DNA of 64,000 nucleotides from assembly GCA_018648645.1 (NCBI GenBank), contig JABGQS010000004.1, positions 8,976 through 72,975 of the forward strand, read 5' to 3'. The translations under genes were made by a program, and so were the position numbers. Of the stretch, positions 1 to 11,249 are shown piece after piece. The first letter of the stretch is position 1. Each line of letters begins with the position of its first letter. The DNA is from Clostridia bacterium. Its GTDB lineage: Bacteria > Bacillota > Clostridia > Christensenellales > SZUA-584. Below the pieces are notes generated by a model. It was given only the letters and a program-made list of their open reading frames with translations, had not been told where the DNA came from and searched no databases.

Positions 1-796
1 TGATGAAAAAGTCGCCGATTTTAACCGCTTCGCTCATGGGCATGACAGAAAACCCGTCCATCGCAGCTTCCATAGCGCAAATGGCATCGACTTCTGTGAC
101 CACAACCTTTGCACCAAGACCCTTCGCGCGCATTGCTACGCCTTTGCCGCACCAGCCGTAACCTGCTACCACCACAGTTGTTCCTGCGATAACGAGGTTG
201 GTGGTGCGCATGATGCCGTCCCATACCGATTGACCTGTGCCGTAACGGTTATCAAACAAATGCTTGCAATCGCCGTCGTTCACCGCGATAACCGGGAACT
301 TTAATGTATTGTTGTTGTCTCTGATTTGGTAACGGAGAACTCCGGTTGTCGTTTCCTCGCACGCGCCGATAACGCTGCCTGCTTTGTCGCTAAGGAAAGT
401 GTGCAGCGCTTCGGACAGGTCTGCGCCGTCGTCCATCACGACATCGGGACCGTTGTCAAGCGCTTTGGCGATGTGCCGCTCGTATTCCTCGTCTGTCGCA
501 CCGTACCATGCGTATACATCCATACCGCCAGCTGCGAGGGCTGCCACGACGTCGTCTTGCGTAGAAAGCGGATTTGACCCTGTGACCGACATGACTGCGC
601 CGCCAGCTTCCAGTACGCGGCATAAGTACGCAGTCTTTGCTTCCAGATGAATCGAAAGCGTAACTTTTAGCCCAGTGAAAGGTTTGTCTGCTTCGAACTG
701 CTTCTTGATTGCAGCGAGAACAGGCATGTGGCTTTGTACCCATTTGATTTTCATTTCGCCTTGCGGCGCTAGCTTAATATCTCTTATTTCTGACAT
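1..796 (-). CDS. ahcY: Adenosylhomocysteinase, N-terminal ~265 aa (3' end runs off the window)
   Basis: Absent from the ORF track because it is open at the window edge. Hand translation of the minus strand from ATG 796-794 gives MSEIRDIKLAPQGEMKIKWVQSHMPVL..IHLEAKTAYL..GSNPLSTQDDV..EETTTGV..PVIAVND..LFDNRYGTGQS..VVAGYGWCGKG..MDGFSVMPM. This is the conserved AhcY core with the NAD-binding GxGxxG. The start overlaps the galU stop by 13 nt. Confidence 0.85.
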   Translation of the reverse strand, partial: MSEIRDIKLAPQGEMKIKWVQSHMPVLAAIKKQFEADKPFTGLKVTLSIHLEAKTAYLCRVLEAGGAVMSVTGSNPLSTQDDVVAALAAGGMDVYAWYGATDEEYERHIAKALDNGPDVVMDDGADLSEALHTFLSDKAGSVIGACEETTTGVLRYQIRDNNNTLKFPVIAVNDGDCKHLFDNRYGTGQSVWDGIMRTTNLVIAGTTVVVAGYGWCGKGVAMRAKGLGAKVVVTEVDAICAMEAAMDGFSVMPMSEAVKIGDFFI

Positions 797-1677
797 AATT
801 CCATCTCTTTCACTAATTTAATTAGGTATTCTTCAAAATCATCTTTAAGATCGTCACGCCCCAGCGCAAGTTCTACCGTAGCTTTTAGGAAGCCAAGTTT
901 GTCTCCGACGTCGTAGCGCTTTCCGTCAAACTCGTACGCATACATACCTTGCGTTTCTGACAGCGTTTGCAGCGCGTCCGTAAGCTGAATTTCGCCGTTT
1001 ACGCCCGGTTTTTGGTTTTCAAGAATGTCGAAAATCTCGGGCGTGATTACGTAGCGTCCGAGTATAGCGATATTTGAAGGAGCTTTTTTTGGCGATGGTT
1101 TTTCTACCATATCCAAAACTTTGTGCAGCCTGCTCGCATTCTTTGAATCATCGGGGCGTATGATGCCGTATTTGTCTACCTGTGACTCGGGAACTCTTTG
1201 TACACCGAGCACGCTGGTTTCGTGTTTGTCGTATACGTCCATCAGCTGTCCGATGGCTGCTTGCTGCGACACGATAATATCATCGCCGAGCATGACCGCA
1301 AAAGGCTCGTCGCCGACAAAATCGCGCGCACGACCAATCGCGTGCCCAAGACCTTTTGGTTCTTTTTGGCGCACATAAAACACGTTGACCAAGTTTGAAA
1401 TGTCAGCTACGATGCTGTGCAAATCGCACTTGCCTTTCTTGACAAGCTCGGACTCAAGCTCGTAGCTTTTGTCAAAATGATCCTCAATATTGTGCTTGCC
1501 TCGCCCTGTGATAATTAGAATGCTCTCTATGCCGGCCGCTATCGCTTCTTCGACGATATATTGTATCATCGGCTTGTCAACGACGGGCAGCATTTCCTTT
1601 GGCTGCGCTTTTGTCGCCGGCAGAAAGCGAGTCCCAAGTCCTGCGGCCGGAATGACCGCTTTTTTAATTTTAGACAT
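784..1677 (-). CDS. galU: UTP--glucose-1-phosphate uridylyltransferase
   Basis: 297 aa. N-terminal AVIPAAGLGTRFLPATKAQPKEMLPV nucleotidyltransferase signature and VMLGDD motif. Confidence 0.93.
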   Translation of the reverse strand: MSKIKKAVIPAAGLGTRFLPATKAQPKEMLPVVDKPMIQYIVEEAIAAGIESILIITGRGKHNIEDHFDKSYELESELVKKGKCDLHSIVADISNLVNVFYVRQKEPKGLGHAIGRARDFVGDEPFAVMLGDDIIVSQQAAIGQLMDVYDKHETSVLGVQRVPESQVDKYGIIRPDDSKNASRLHKVLDMVEKPSPKKAPSNIAILGRYVITPEIFDILENQKPGVNGEIQLTDALQTLSETQGMYAYEFDGKRYDVGDKLGFLKATVELALGRDDLKDDFEEYLIKLVKEMELCQK

Positions 1678-1818
1678 TTTGCCTCCATTTGGTTATTACT
1701 GTAGAGAGACCATTATACAACATACACGGATATTTGTGTTTACTTTTTTGTGAATATTGTCTACCAAATTCGTAGTAGATGTAACATTTAATTTTCCTGT
1801 GATGTAAAATAATACAGG

Positions 1819-1847
1819 TTGACGGAATCTTTGTTCGGGTATATAAT
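1819..1847 (+). promoter_or_regulatory. Sigma-A type promoter of dinB (TTGACG-N17-TATAAT)
   Basis: TTGACG at 1819-1824, a 17-nt spacer, TATAAT at 1842-1847. It lies 34 nt upstream of the dinB ATG. Confidence 0.6.
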
Positions 1848-1853
1848 TTAGTT

Positions 1854-1867
1854 AGAACAACTGTTCT
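1854..1867. promoter_or_regulatory. LexA (DinR) SOS box, Cheo-box type
   Basis: AGAACAACTGTTCT contains a perfect GAAC-N4-GTTC palindrome. It sits between the -10 and the RBS of a Y-family polymerase gene. Confidence 0.75.
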
Positions 1868-1880
1868 GATTGGAGTATTG

Positions 1881-3122
1881 ATGGACAAGGTTATACTGCA
1901 TTGCGATTTGAATAGCTTTTTTGCTTCGGCGTCGTGCCTTAATCATCCGGAGCTGCAGCGTGTGCCTGTTGCTGTGTGCGGCGATGTCAAAAAGCGGCAT
2001 GGAATTATATTGGCCAAGAACCAGCTTGCCAAACGTGCGGGCGTGAAAACCGCTCAGGCGGTTTGGGAGGCGCAGCAGACCTGCCCCGGTCTTGTTATGG
2101 TGCCGCCCGAATATCAGCTTTATATGGAGCTCAGCGAGACTGTGAAGCACATATATGAGCGATATACCGGCAAAATTGAGCCTTTTGGCATCGACGAGTG
2201 CTGGCTGGACGTTACGCCTGCGCGCATCACAAAAGACTATGGAACGCAATTGGCGCACGAGATAAGGCGAACCATTCGCAGAGAAACCGGGCTTACCGTG
2301 TCTGTCGGTGTGTCGTGGAACAAAATCTTCGCAAAGCTTGGCAGCGATTATCGGAAACCCGACGCTGTTACTGTTATCAGTCGCGAGAACTATCAGAAAA
2401 TAGCGTGGCCGCTCCCTAGCTCTGAGCTGCTTTATGTCGGCAGAGCGACTAAAAAAAAACTCGATAGAGTCGGTATTAACACTATTGGCGAGATAGCCAC
2501 CAGCCCGGAGTTGCTGCTAAAATCGCTGCTGGGTAAAAACGGGCTTACGCTGCACGCGTTTGCGAATGGCAACGATATGTCGCCCGTGCAGCCTGTTGAC
2601 CACACTTATGGCGTAAAGGGCATTGGCAACAGCATGACGACCAAGCACGATTTGACCAATGATATTGAAGTAAAACAAGCGTTTTTGATACTTTGTGAGA
2701 TGGTTGCATACCGCGCCCGCAAAAAAAAACTGCAAGGCAGCGTTGTCGGCATATATCTGCGCGATAAGGATTTGACACACATCACGCGGCAGGTCAGCCT
2801 CCCCCGACCTACATTTATTGCGGACGAGATGGTAAACTACGCGATGACGCTTTATAAGGCGAACTGGGACGCAGCGCAGCGACCGATACGCTCGATAGGA
2901 ATTCGCATACACAAGCTCTCCCCCATCGGCAAATACACGCAATTGAGCTTTCTTGACCCGAAGCACATCTATCTGCAAAACCTTGAGTATACCAAAGACG
3001 ATATTAACCGCAGATTTGGCAAGCAGGCGATTACGCGCGCGTGTCTGCTGAGCACCAAGGTCGCCGAGAGCAACCCTGAAGAGCAGCACGTTGTGCATCC
3101 GTTATCGTTCTTTAGGAGGTGA
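1881..3122 (+). CDS. dinB: DNA polymerase IV (Y-family translesion polymerase)
   Basis: ILHCDLNSFFASAS and SVGVSWNKIFAKLGSDYRKPD motifs. The ORF-track start at 1878 is TTG; the ATG at 1881, 5 nt after TGGAG, is preferred. Confidence 0.92.
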   Translation: MDKVILHCDLNSFFASASCLNHPELQRVPVAVCGDVKKRHGIILAKNQLAKRAGVKTAQAVWEAQQTCPGLVMVPPEYQLYMELSETVKHIYERYTGKIEPFGIDECWLDVTPARITKDYGTQLAHEIRRTIRRETGLTVSVGVSWNKIFAKLGSDYRKPDAVTVISRENYQKIAWPLPSSELLYVGRATKKKLDRVGINTIGEIATSPELLLKSLLGKNGLTLHAFANGNDMSPVQPVDHTYGVKGIGNSMTTKHDLTNDIEVKQAFLILCEMVAYRARKKKLQGSVVGIYLRDKDLTHITRQVSLPRPTFIADEMVNYAMTLYKANWDAAQRPIRSIGIRIHKLSPIGKYTQLSFLDPKHIYLQNLEYTKDDINRRFGKQAITRACLLSTKVAESNPEEQHVVHPLSFFRR

Positions 3123-3125
3123 GCA

Positions 3126-3467
3126 TCAACCGGGTGGCCATCCCATCGTGCGTCCGCCAAGCAGATGAAAATGCAGGTGGTCTACGGCCTGTCCGCCGTC
3201 TTTGCCAATGTTGGTGACGAGCCTGTATCCGCCTTTGAGACCAAACTCTTCCGCCAATCGTTTACCCACGCTCATTATGCGCGCGTAGATGTCCATGTCA
3301 AGCTCTGATGTGTCGGCAACCGAAGCGATGTGTTTCTTTGGGATAATCAGGATGTGCACAGGCGCCTGTGGGTTGATGTCGGTAAACGCAATCACTTTCT
3401 CGTCTTCGTAGACCTTGTTGCTCGGAATCTTACCCGCAACAATTTTGCAAAACAAACAGTCGTTCAT
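3126..3467 (-). CDS. HIT-family (histidine triad) nucleotide hydrolase
   Basis: 113 aa with the HIT motif HLHFHLLGG. Last gene of the dnaK-operon block; 4-nt overlap with mtaB. Confidence 0.88.
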   Translation of the reverse strand: MNDCLFCKIVAGKIPSNKVYEDEKVIAFTDINPQAPVHILIIPKKHIASVADTSELDMDIYARIMSVGKRLAEEFGLKGGYRLVTNIGKDGGQAVDHLHFHLLGGRTMGWPPG

Positions 3468-4732
3468 ATCAGCTCTCCTTGCATCGTTTTATTTGATATA
3501 TCACCGAGCACAACTTGCTTGCACTCGTTTATTTGCGCATTTGCGGCAACGCGTATATAACGCGATGAGTAGCCTTCTGCCAAACCTTTGAACACTTTGG
3601 ACTCCTCCTCAAAAAGGACGTTGTCGGTTTTGCCCTGCATACTCATCAGATAGTTGCTCTCTAAAGTTTCGCCAAGCGCGATTAATTCATTTGCGCGTTT
3701 TCTTGCTATATTAGTTGGAATTTTTGGTATCATGTCGAATGCTTTGGTGCCTTCTCTGGCGGAGAATGGAAATACGTGTATTCGCGCAAAAGCAGCATTT
3801 GCAGCGAAAGACATTGTATCTGCAAATTCCTCTTCAGTTTCACCCGGAAAACCTGTTATGATGTCTGTGGTAATTGCCGGTTTATCAAAGTTTTCTCGCA
3901 GCAATGTGACAAAGGCCATGAATGCTTCGGGTGTGTAATTGCGGTTCATGCGCTGTAGCACACTTTGTGAGCCGCTTTGCAGCGACAAATGAAAGTGCGG
4001 GCATAGATTTTTCGCTGTGGATATTTTGCGAACGAACTCGCTGCCGAGAACTCCAAGATCTATTGAGCCGAGACGAATGCGCACGTTTAATTTATCCAGT
4101 GACGAAACGACATCAGCCAAGCCATAATCGCCGTCTTCATAAGAAGCAATGTGTATGCCGGTCAACACAATTTCTTTTGCGCCTCCGTTTGCGATTGCTG
4201 TCGCTTCTGTGATGATGACATTTAGTTTCTTTGAGCGCGATCTGCCGCGAACGTATGGAATGATGCAATAGCTGCAAAAGCAGTTGCAGCCTTCTTGAAT
4301 TTTGATGGTACTGCGAGTGCGGTTGCCCGACGTTTTGACCTGCATTTGCTCAAAACCGCAGCTGCCAATATCGTGAGTTGCGTTGATATTTGATTCGCCT
4401 GAGAGAATGCTTTTTGCAACCGTCACGATTTTGCTTCTGTCGTCTGTGCCAATGACAGCGTTCACACCATCCATTGCCAGAACCTGCTCTGCACGTTTTT
4501 GCGCCATGCAGCCAGCGACGATAACCTTGCCGTTTTTTGCAGCGCGGCGCACGATTGCACGGCTCTTTTTGTCGGCAGTGCCCGTGACAGTGCACGTGTT
4601 GACTACGACGATGTCGCAGGGTTGGCCAAAATCGACAACATCGAAACCGTCATTCAAAAATAGCTCCTGCATGTAGGTTGTGTCGTATGTGTTGACTTTG
4701 CAGCCGAGCGTGTAGAACGATACTTTTTTCAA
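3464..4732 (-). CDS. mtaB: tRNA (N6-threonylcarbamoyladenosine37) methylthiotransferase
   Basis: 422 aa. N-terminal YTLGCKVN (UPF0004 domain), radical-SAM CNCFCSYCIIP, C-terminal TRAM-like region. Conserved position after rsmE. Confidence 0.88.
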   Translation of the reverse strand: MKKVSFYTLGCKVNTYDTTYMQELFLNDGFDVVDFGQPCDIVVVNTCTVTGTADKKSRAIVRRAAKNGKVIVAGCMAQKRAEQVLAMDGVNAVIGTDDRSKIVTVAKSILSGESNINATHDIGSCGFEQMQVKTSGNRTRSTIKIQEGCNCFCSYCIIPYVRGRSRSKKLNVIITEATAIANGGAKEIVLTGIHIASYEDGDYGLADVVSSLDKLNVRIRLGSIDLGVLGSEFVRKISTAKNLCPHFHLSLQSGSQSVLQRMNRNYTPEAFMAFVTLLRENFDKPAITTDIITGFPGETEEEFADTMSFAANAAFARIHVFPFSAREGTKAFDMIPKIPTNIARKRANELIALGETLESNYLMSMQGKTDNVLFEEESKVFKGLAEGYSSRYIRVAANAQINECKQVVLGDISNKTMQGELI

Positions 4733-5442
4733 TATTCCATCTCACCTTTTGCGTAGAAACAAGCCGCCAAAACTGCAATACCTGCTGTTTCTGTACGCAT
4801 AATTCGTCTGCCGAGCGTTACGGGAATGCCACCGCAGTCCTTCACTCGTTCTATTTCTGAGCGCTCGAACCCGCCTTCGCTGCCGATAACGATACCAATG
4901 TCACTTGCGCCTACTTGAAGAGCTGTGTATAGTTGACGCTGCCGTTCCTCTTCATCGCAGATGATAAGCAACTCGTGATTGCTCATTAGTTCTAGCGCTT
5001 GCTCGAAACTCTGCACGTCAGTAACATTTGGGATTATACTTCTACCGCATTGCTTGACGGCGGATAGCGCAACTTTTGATAGCTTGTCGCCTTGACCGCT
5101 TGGTCGCTTTACGCAGCGTTTTGACAGAAACGGTACAATTGCTGCTGCGCCCAATTCAACTGCTTTCTGTACGATTTCGTTCATTTTTGCCGATTTTGGA
5201 TAGGCTTGGTATAGCGTAACGTTGATTTCTGGCTCCGCTTTGTTTTGTGATTTGCTGAGGATGTCGGCTTTGACGTCCTTGTCGATGTTTGTGATAGCGC
5301 AAGTGTAATCTATACCGCTGCCGTCGATTGCGATAAACTCGTCTCCGATGCTCATCCGCACGGCGTTTCTCATGTGGTTGGCTTCCTCGCCGGAAATGTA
5401 TATGCTGTTTTTCGATACGTTTGTTGCAAGAAATCTACGCAT
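4729..5442 (-). CDS. rsmE: 16S rRNA (uracil1498-N3)-methyltransferase
   Basis: 237 aa. RsmE C-terminal motif GSEGGFERSEIE..LGRRIMRTETA. Conserved prmA-rsmE-mtaB order. Confidence 0.88.
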   Translation of the reverse strand: MRRFLATNVSKNSIYISGEEANHMRNAVRMSIGDEFIAIDGSGIDYTCAITNIDKDVKADILSKSQNKAEPEINVTLYQAYPKSAKMNEIVQKAVELGAAAIVPFLSKRCVKRPSGQGDKLSKVALSAVKQCGRSIIPNVTDVQSFEQALELMSNHELLIICDEEERQRQLYTALQVGASDIGIVIGSEGGFERSEIERVKDCGGIPVTLGRRIMRTETAGIAVLAACFYAKGEMEY

Positions 5443-6358
5443 TTGCTTTCCTTACTGCGAGCGCTCGCCAATCTGCCATGCAGAGAGTTTGCAGCACTAT
5501 AAAATTGTTTTGCTCCAGCGAAGCAATTACATCTGCAAGTCTGTCCTCGATGATGCCCGAAACTATGTATGTAGCATCGTCATTAAGGTAGCTTGATATA
5601 TCGCCGTTTAAGCGAATTACGATATCTGCGATGATGTTCGCGAGTACTATGTCGTATTGTTTAAGCTGTGCGTTTTGGAGCAAGTCGGATTGTATTGCAG
5701 TCAATTTAACGTTATTGGCTTTAGCGTTAGCTTGTGTTACGTCAACGCTGACTTGGTCGTAATCGAGTGCAAGAACTTCGGTTGCACCGAGCTTTGCGCA
5801 AGCGATGCTGAGGATGCCGGAGCCGCAGCCTATGTCCATCACTGACCAGTCGTCATCGCTTGGCTTATACCGCTGTACGAGCTCAAGACACATTTTCGTG
5901 GTTTCGTGCACACCCGAACCAAACGCCATGCCGGGATCGAGTTCGATAATGATGTCGTTTTGCTCTGCTTCGTATTTCTCCCAAGTTGGTTTAACCACGA
6001 TGTCTCCGGCAGCACGAAATGTTTTAAAATGCTTCTTGAAGTTGGCGTTCCAGTCGCTGTCTTCGATTTCGTTTATGCTGATGAGCAGTGCACCAAAGTC
6101 GATATCGGCAGCAGACTTTGCAGCTGCAATGTGCTGCTTGATATAGTCAAGCGTGGCGTCAAACGAGGTGTCGCCATAGTATGCGATAACTTTTACTGTG
6201 TCGTTTGCAGGTGCCGGCACTAAATACTCATCTCTTCTTGCGACAGGAGTTTCGCCGCCCTCTATTTGCACACCCGTTGCACCCGCGTCAACCAAAACAG
6301 ACGCGACAATATCGCACGCCCGTTCACTCGTTTCTATGCTAACCTGATTCCAATTCAT
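5435..6358 (-). CDS. prmA: Ribosomal protein L11 methyltransferase
   Basis: 307 aa. SAM-binding VMDIGCGSGILSIA. Directly downstream of dnaJ. Confidence 0.9.
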   Translation of the reverse strand: MNWNQVSIETSERACDIVASVLVDAGATGVQIEGGETPVARRDEYLVPAPANDTVKVIAYYGDTSFDATLDYIKQHIAAAKSAADIDFGALLISINEIEDSDWNANFKKHFKTFRAAGDIVVKPTWEKYEAEQNDIIIELDPGMAFGSGVHETTKMCLELVQRYKPSDDDWSVMDIGCGSGILSIACAKLGATEVLALDYDQVSVDVTQANAKANNVKLTAIQSDLLQNAQLKQYDIVLANIIADIVIRLNGDISSYLNDDATYIVSGIIEDRLADVIASLEQNNFIVLQTLCMADWRALAVRKANA

Positions 6359-6360
6359 CG

Positions 6361-7482
6361 TTATTTTCCTTTAACGCGATTGTAAAAGCTCTTCTTTGGT
6401 TTGCCTAAACCATCAAATTCTTTAATCAGCGTTTTCTGCTTATCTGAAAGTTTCCTTGGAATTTCTACAACAACCCTTACATATAAACTACCTTTTCGAA
6501 TAGAGCGGAGGTTTTGTATGCCTTTGTCTTTAAGACGGAAAACGGTGCCTGTTTGAGTGCCTGAGCTCATTTTATATTTCGCTTTGCCGTCTAGCGTCGG
6601 TATCATCAGCTCGGCGCCGAGCGCTGCTTCCATAAATGTAACGGGCATTTCGAGGTGCAGGTCGTATCCATCGCGTTTAAAGAACTTGTGAGCAGGGAAT
6701 CTGATGTGTATCTGCAAATCTCCCGCAGGTCCGCCGCGCTGTCCTGCGCTGCCTTCGCCGCGAAGTGTTATTATTTGTCCGCTGTCAATGCCCGCGGGTA
6801 CTTTCACCTTCATGGTTTTCTGCTGGCGCTTTATGCCTTTGCCGTTGCAATCATGACACGGATCGGTGATTATAGTGCCTCTGCCGCCGCAGCTTGGGCA
6901 GTCTACAACGTTTACAAAGTTGCCGAAGACCGACTGACTCTGCTGACGAATTTGTCCGCTGCCACCGCAATGGCTGCACGTTTTTGGCTGCGTGCCTTTT
7001 TTGGCGCCGTTGCCGCCACACGTTTCGCACGTTGCGTCCTTGTTTAGACGAACTTCCTTTGCTACGCCAAACGCCGCTTCTTCAAACGTGATTCGAAGTT
7101 CCATGCGAAGGTCTGCGCCGCGAATTGGTCCGTTTCTGCGCTGCGATGTTCCTCCGCCGAAGAAAGAGTCGAAAATATCGCCAAAGCCACCTGAGAAGTC
7201 GCCAAAACCGCCGAAACCACCTGCACCGCCACCGCCGCCCGCGCCTGCTGCAGGGTCGAATGCTGCATGACCAAATTGGTCGTACTGGCTTCGTTTCTTG
7301 TCGTCACCTAAAACCTCGTACGCTTCGCTGACTTCATGAAACTTCTCCGCGCTGGCGTTGTCCTCGCTTTTTACGTCGGGGTGATGCTGTTTTGCGAGTT
7401 TTCTGTACGCTTTTTTGATTTCCTCGCCGGTTGCGTCTTTCTTTACACCCAACACGTCATAATAATCTTTTTTGTCTGCCAA
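6361..7482 (-). CDS. dnaJ: Molecular chaperone DnaJ
   Basis: J domain with HPD (KQHHPDV), a Gly/Phe-rich linker, and four CxxCxGxG zinc motifs ([32 protein letters not shown]). Confidence 0.97.
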   Translation of the reverse strand: MADKKDYYDVLGVKKDATGEEIKKAYRKLAKQHHPDVKSEDNASAEKFHEVSEAYEVLGDDKKRSQYDQFGHAAFDPAAGAGGGGGAGGFGGFGDFSGGFGDIFDSFFGGGTSQRRNGPIRGADLRMELRITFEEAAFGVAKEVRLNKDATCETCGGNGAKKGTQPKTCSHCGGSGQIRQQSQSVFGNFVNVVDCPSCGGRGTIITDPCHDCNGKGIKRQQKTMKVKVPAGIDSGQIITLRGEGSAGQRGGPAGDLQIHIRFPAHKFFKRDGYDLHLEMPVTFMEAALGAELMIPTLDGKAKYKMSSGTQTGTVFRLKDKGIQNLRSIRKGSLYVRVVVEIPRKLSDKQKTLIKEFDGLGKPKKSFYNRVKGK

Positions 7483-7519
7483 AATATAAGTACCGCCTAT
7501 ATAGATGTTTTACACACAA

Positions 7520-7547
7520 ACCAAAGCAGCATAACCGCTGCTCTGGT
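7520..7547 (-). other. Intercistronic stem-loop between dnaK and dnaJ
   Basis: The minus-strand RNA ACCAGAGCAGC-GGUUAU-GCUGCUUUGGU forms an 11-bp stem with one G-U pair. It is followed by UUGUGUGU, so there is no clean U-tract. Confidence 0.5.
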
Positions 7548-7577
7548 CTCGTGTAAGTATATTAATTTAACTAAACT

Positions 7578-9461
<1,884 letters not shown>

Positions 9462-9466
9462 CTATA

Positions 9467-10087
9467 TTATTTACTTACTATTACCATGCTGTGGCGCAAT
9501 ATTTTTTCACCAAGCATATATCCTTTTTGCACAACCATCACAACTGTGTTTGGTTGCACATCGTCCTCTTCTACCTCTATTTGCTGTATTGCGTGGTGCA
9601 CGTTTGGATCAAAAGGTTCTCCAAGCGACGGAATTTCAGCTACATCCATGCCGGTCAGAATATCGACAAGCTGTTTGTAAACCATGGAAACGCCATCTGC
9701 AAACGCGCTGTCCTCTTGCTCCTCTGCGTGCTCGAGTGCCCGCTCAAAGTTGTCAAGCACCGGCAGCATCTTTGCTACTGTGTCGCACGCACCGTCCTTA
9801 ATCGCGCAGCCGATTGCCGACTGATTGCGTTTCTTGAAGTTATTGAACTCGCTGAACGTGCGCTGATAACTGTCTTTGAATGCACACTTTGCTTCCTCAA
9901 GTGCGCAATTTTCTTCTTCTGCCTTTTTTAGCGCTTTGGTCAGCTTCGCAATCTTTTTGTCCTCCAGCTTGACAGGTTTGGTTTTGATCTGCTCTTTTGT
10001 ATCCTGCGAGACATCAACTTCAATTTCGCTCTCGCTATTATCTTCGTTTTTTGCGCTGTCTTGCTGCTTCGTTTTGTCGTCCTGCAT
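9467..10087 (-). CDS. grpE: Nucleotide exchange factor GrpE
   Basis: 206 aa. Charged coiled-coil N-terminus and a GrpE C-terminal domain (FDPNVHHAIQ). Lies between hrcA and dnaK. Confidence 0.93.
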   Translation of the reverse strand: MQDDKTKQQDSAKNEDNSESEIEVDVSQDTKEQIKTKPVKLEDKKIAKLTKALKKAEEENCALEEAKCAFKDSYQRTFSEFNNFKKRNQSAIGCAIKDGACDTVAKMLPVLDNFERALEHAEEQEDSAFADGVSMVYKQLVDILTGMDVAEIPSLGEPFDPNVHHAIQQIEVEEDDVQPNTVVMVVQKGYMLGEKILRHSMVIVSK

Positions 10088-10104
10088 GTTTTCCTCCGTC
10101 TTTT

Positions 10105-11145
10105 CTAGTCGCCTATCTCAGTGAAATCAGATAGAATACTATTTAAGCTGTTACTAACGTACCCAAGTATCGATACGATTTTTGAATAATCCATTCTTGT
10201 GGGACCAATCACGCCGAATGAACCGAGTGATTTGCCGCCTATTTTGTACGTAGCCGTTACGACGCTCATGTCGCTTAGCTCCTCTGCCTCGTTCTCGTGA
10301 CCAATGGTTACAGAGAACTCTAGCTGCGATGCCTTTTTCATCATGTCGTACAACATATCCTTTGATTCAAGAACACTGATGAAATTCTTCGCTTTTTCTA
10401 CGCTCATGTACGCCGGAAAATCGATTATGTTCTGCGTACCGCCAAGCACGATGCCTTTTCTTCCGTGTGGTTCTACACTGGTTTCGATTGCTTCAACAAT
10501 GTCATCTACAAGATCACTGTTTTCTCGCACATTTTCGTTTAGACCCGTAATCAAGTCTTTTTCAGCGTCCTCGAGCGTTTTGCCCGAAAGCTTGTCTGTC
10601 AGCAGACGCGAGATCATCTCCATGTAGTCTGAGCTGATGCCCTCCGGCACAACTATGACACTGTCCTTAACGAGCCCCGCGTTTGTTACAACAAGCAAGA
10701 TTGCTTTGCGCTCGGTTATCTTTACCATCTGTATACTCTTGATGAGTGATTGTTTTAGTTGAGGACGAAGCACCATGGATATTTGGTGTGTCGTTTCGGA
10801 CAACACCTGTGCTGCTTTCTCCATGACTTGCTCTATCTCGGACATCCTGTCTTCGAAATAGCTTCTGATTTTGCCTGCTTCCGCAGCATTCAGCCTTGCT
10901 ACCTTCATCATCCGATCAACGTAGTATCTGTATGCTTTGTGCGACGGTATGCGGCCTGCCGATGTATGCGGCTGATCGAGAAACCCTAGTTCTTCAAGGT
11001 CTGCCATCTCGTTTCGTATAGTCGCCGAGCTAAGCTCGAAACCGTGCTTCTTTGAAATTGTCCTTGAGCCCACAGGAAAACCGGTCATGATGTAATCATC
11101 AATAACAGCTTTTAATATGCTTAGTTTCCTCTCGCTTAAGTCCAT
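10105..11145 (-). CDS. hrcA: Heat-inducible transcription repressor HrcA
   Basis: The ORF-track start (11172, GTG) lies inside the CIRCE element. The ATG at 11145 (MDLSERKLSILKAVIDDYI) preceded by GAGGTGA is preferred. First gene of hrcA-grpE-dnaK-dnaJ. Confidence 0.93.
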   Translation of the reverse strand: MDLSERKLSILKAVIDDYIMTGFPVGSRTISKKHGFELSSATIRNEMADLEELGFLDQPHTSAGRIPSHKAYRYYVDRMMKVARLNAAEAGKIRSYFEDRMSEIEQVMEKAAQVLSETTHQISMVLRPQLKQSLIKSIQMVKITERKAILLVVTNAGLVKDSVIVVPEGISSDYMEMISRLLTDKLSGKTLEDAEKDLITGLNENVRENSDLVDDIVEAIETSVEPHGRKGIVLGGTQNIIDFPAYMSVEKAKNFISVLESKDMLYDMMKKASQLEFSVTIGHENEAEELSDMSVVTATYKIGGKSLGSFGVIGPTRMDYSKIVSILGYVSNSLNSILSDFTEIGD

Positions 11146-11165
11146 ATTCGTCACCTCATTGCTTG

Positions 11166-11192
11166 TTAGCACTCAATCAAGTCGAGTGCTAA
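11166..11192 (-). promoter_or_regulatory. CIRCE operator (HrcA binding site)
   Basis: TTAGCACTC-AATCAAGTC-GAGTGCTAA is a perfect match to the CIRCE consensus TTAGCACTC-N9-GAGTGCTAA. It ends 21 nt upstream of the hrcA ATG. Confidence 0.95.
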
Positions 11193-11204
11193 CATGACCA
11201 TATA

Positions 11205-11233
11205 AAAATAACACTATACAGCATCAAAGTCAA
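11205..11233 (-). promoter_or_regulatory. Candidate sigma-A promoter of the hrcA operon
   Basis: On the minus strand, TTGACT-N17-TATTTT places the expected start site just upstream of CIRCE. The -10 is only a partial match. Confidence 0.5.
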
Positions 11234-11249
11234 TACTCTTGGTGCATAT

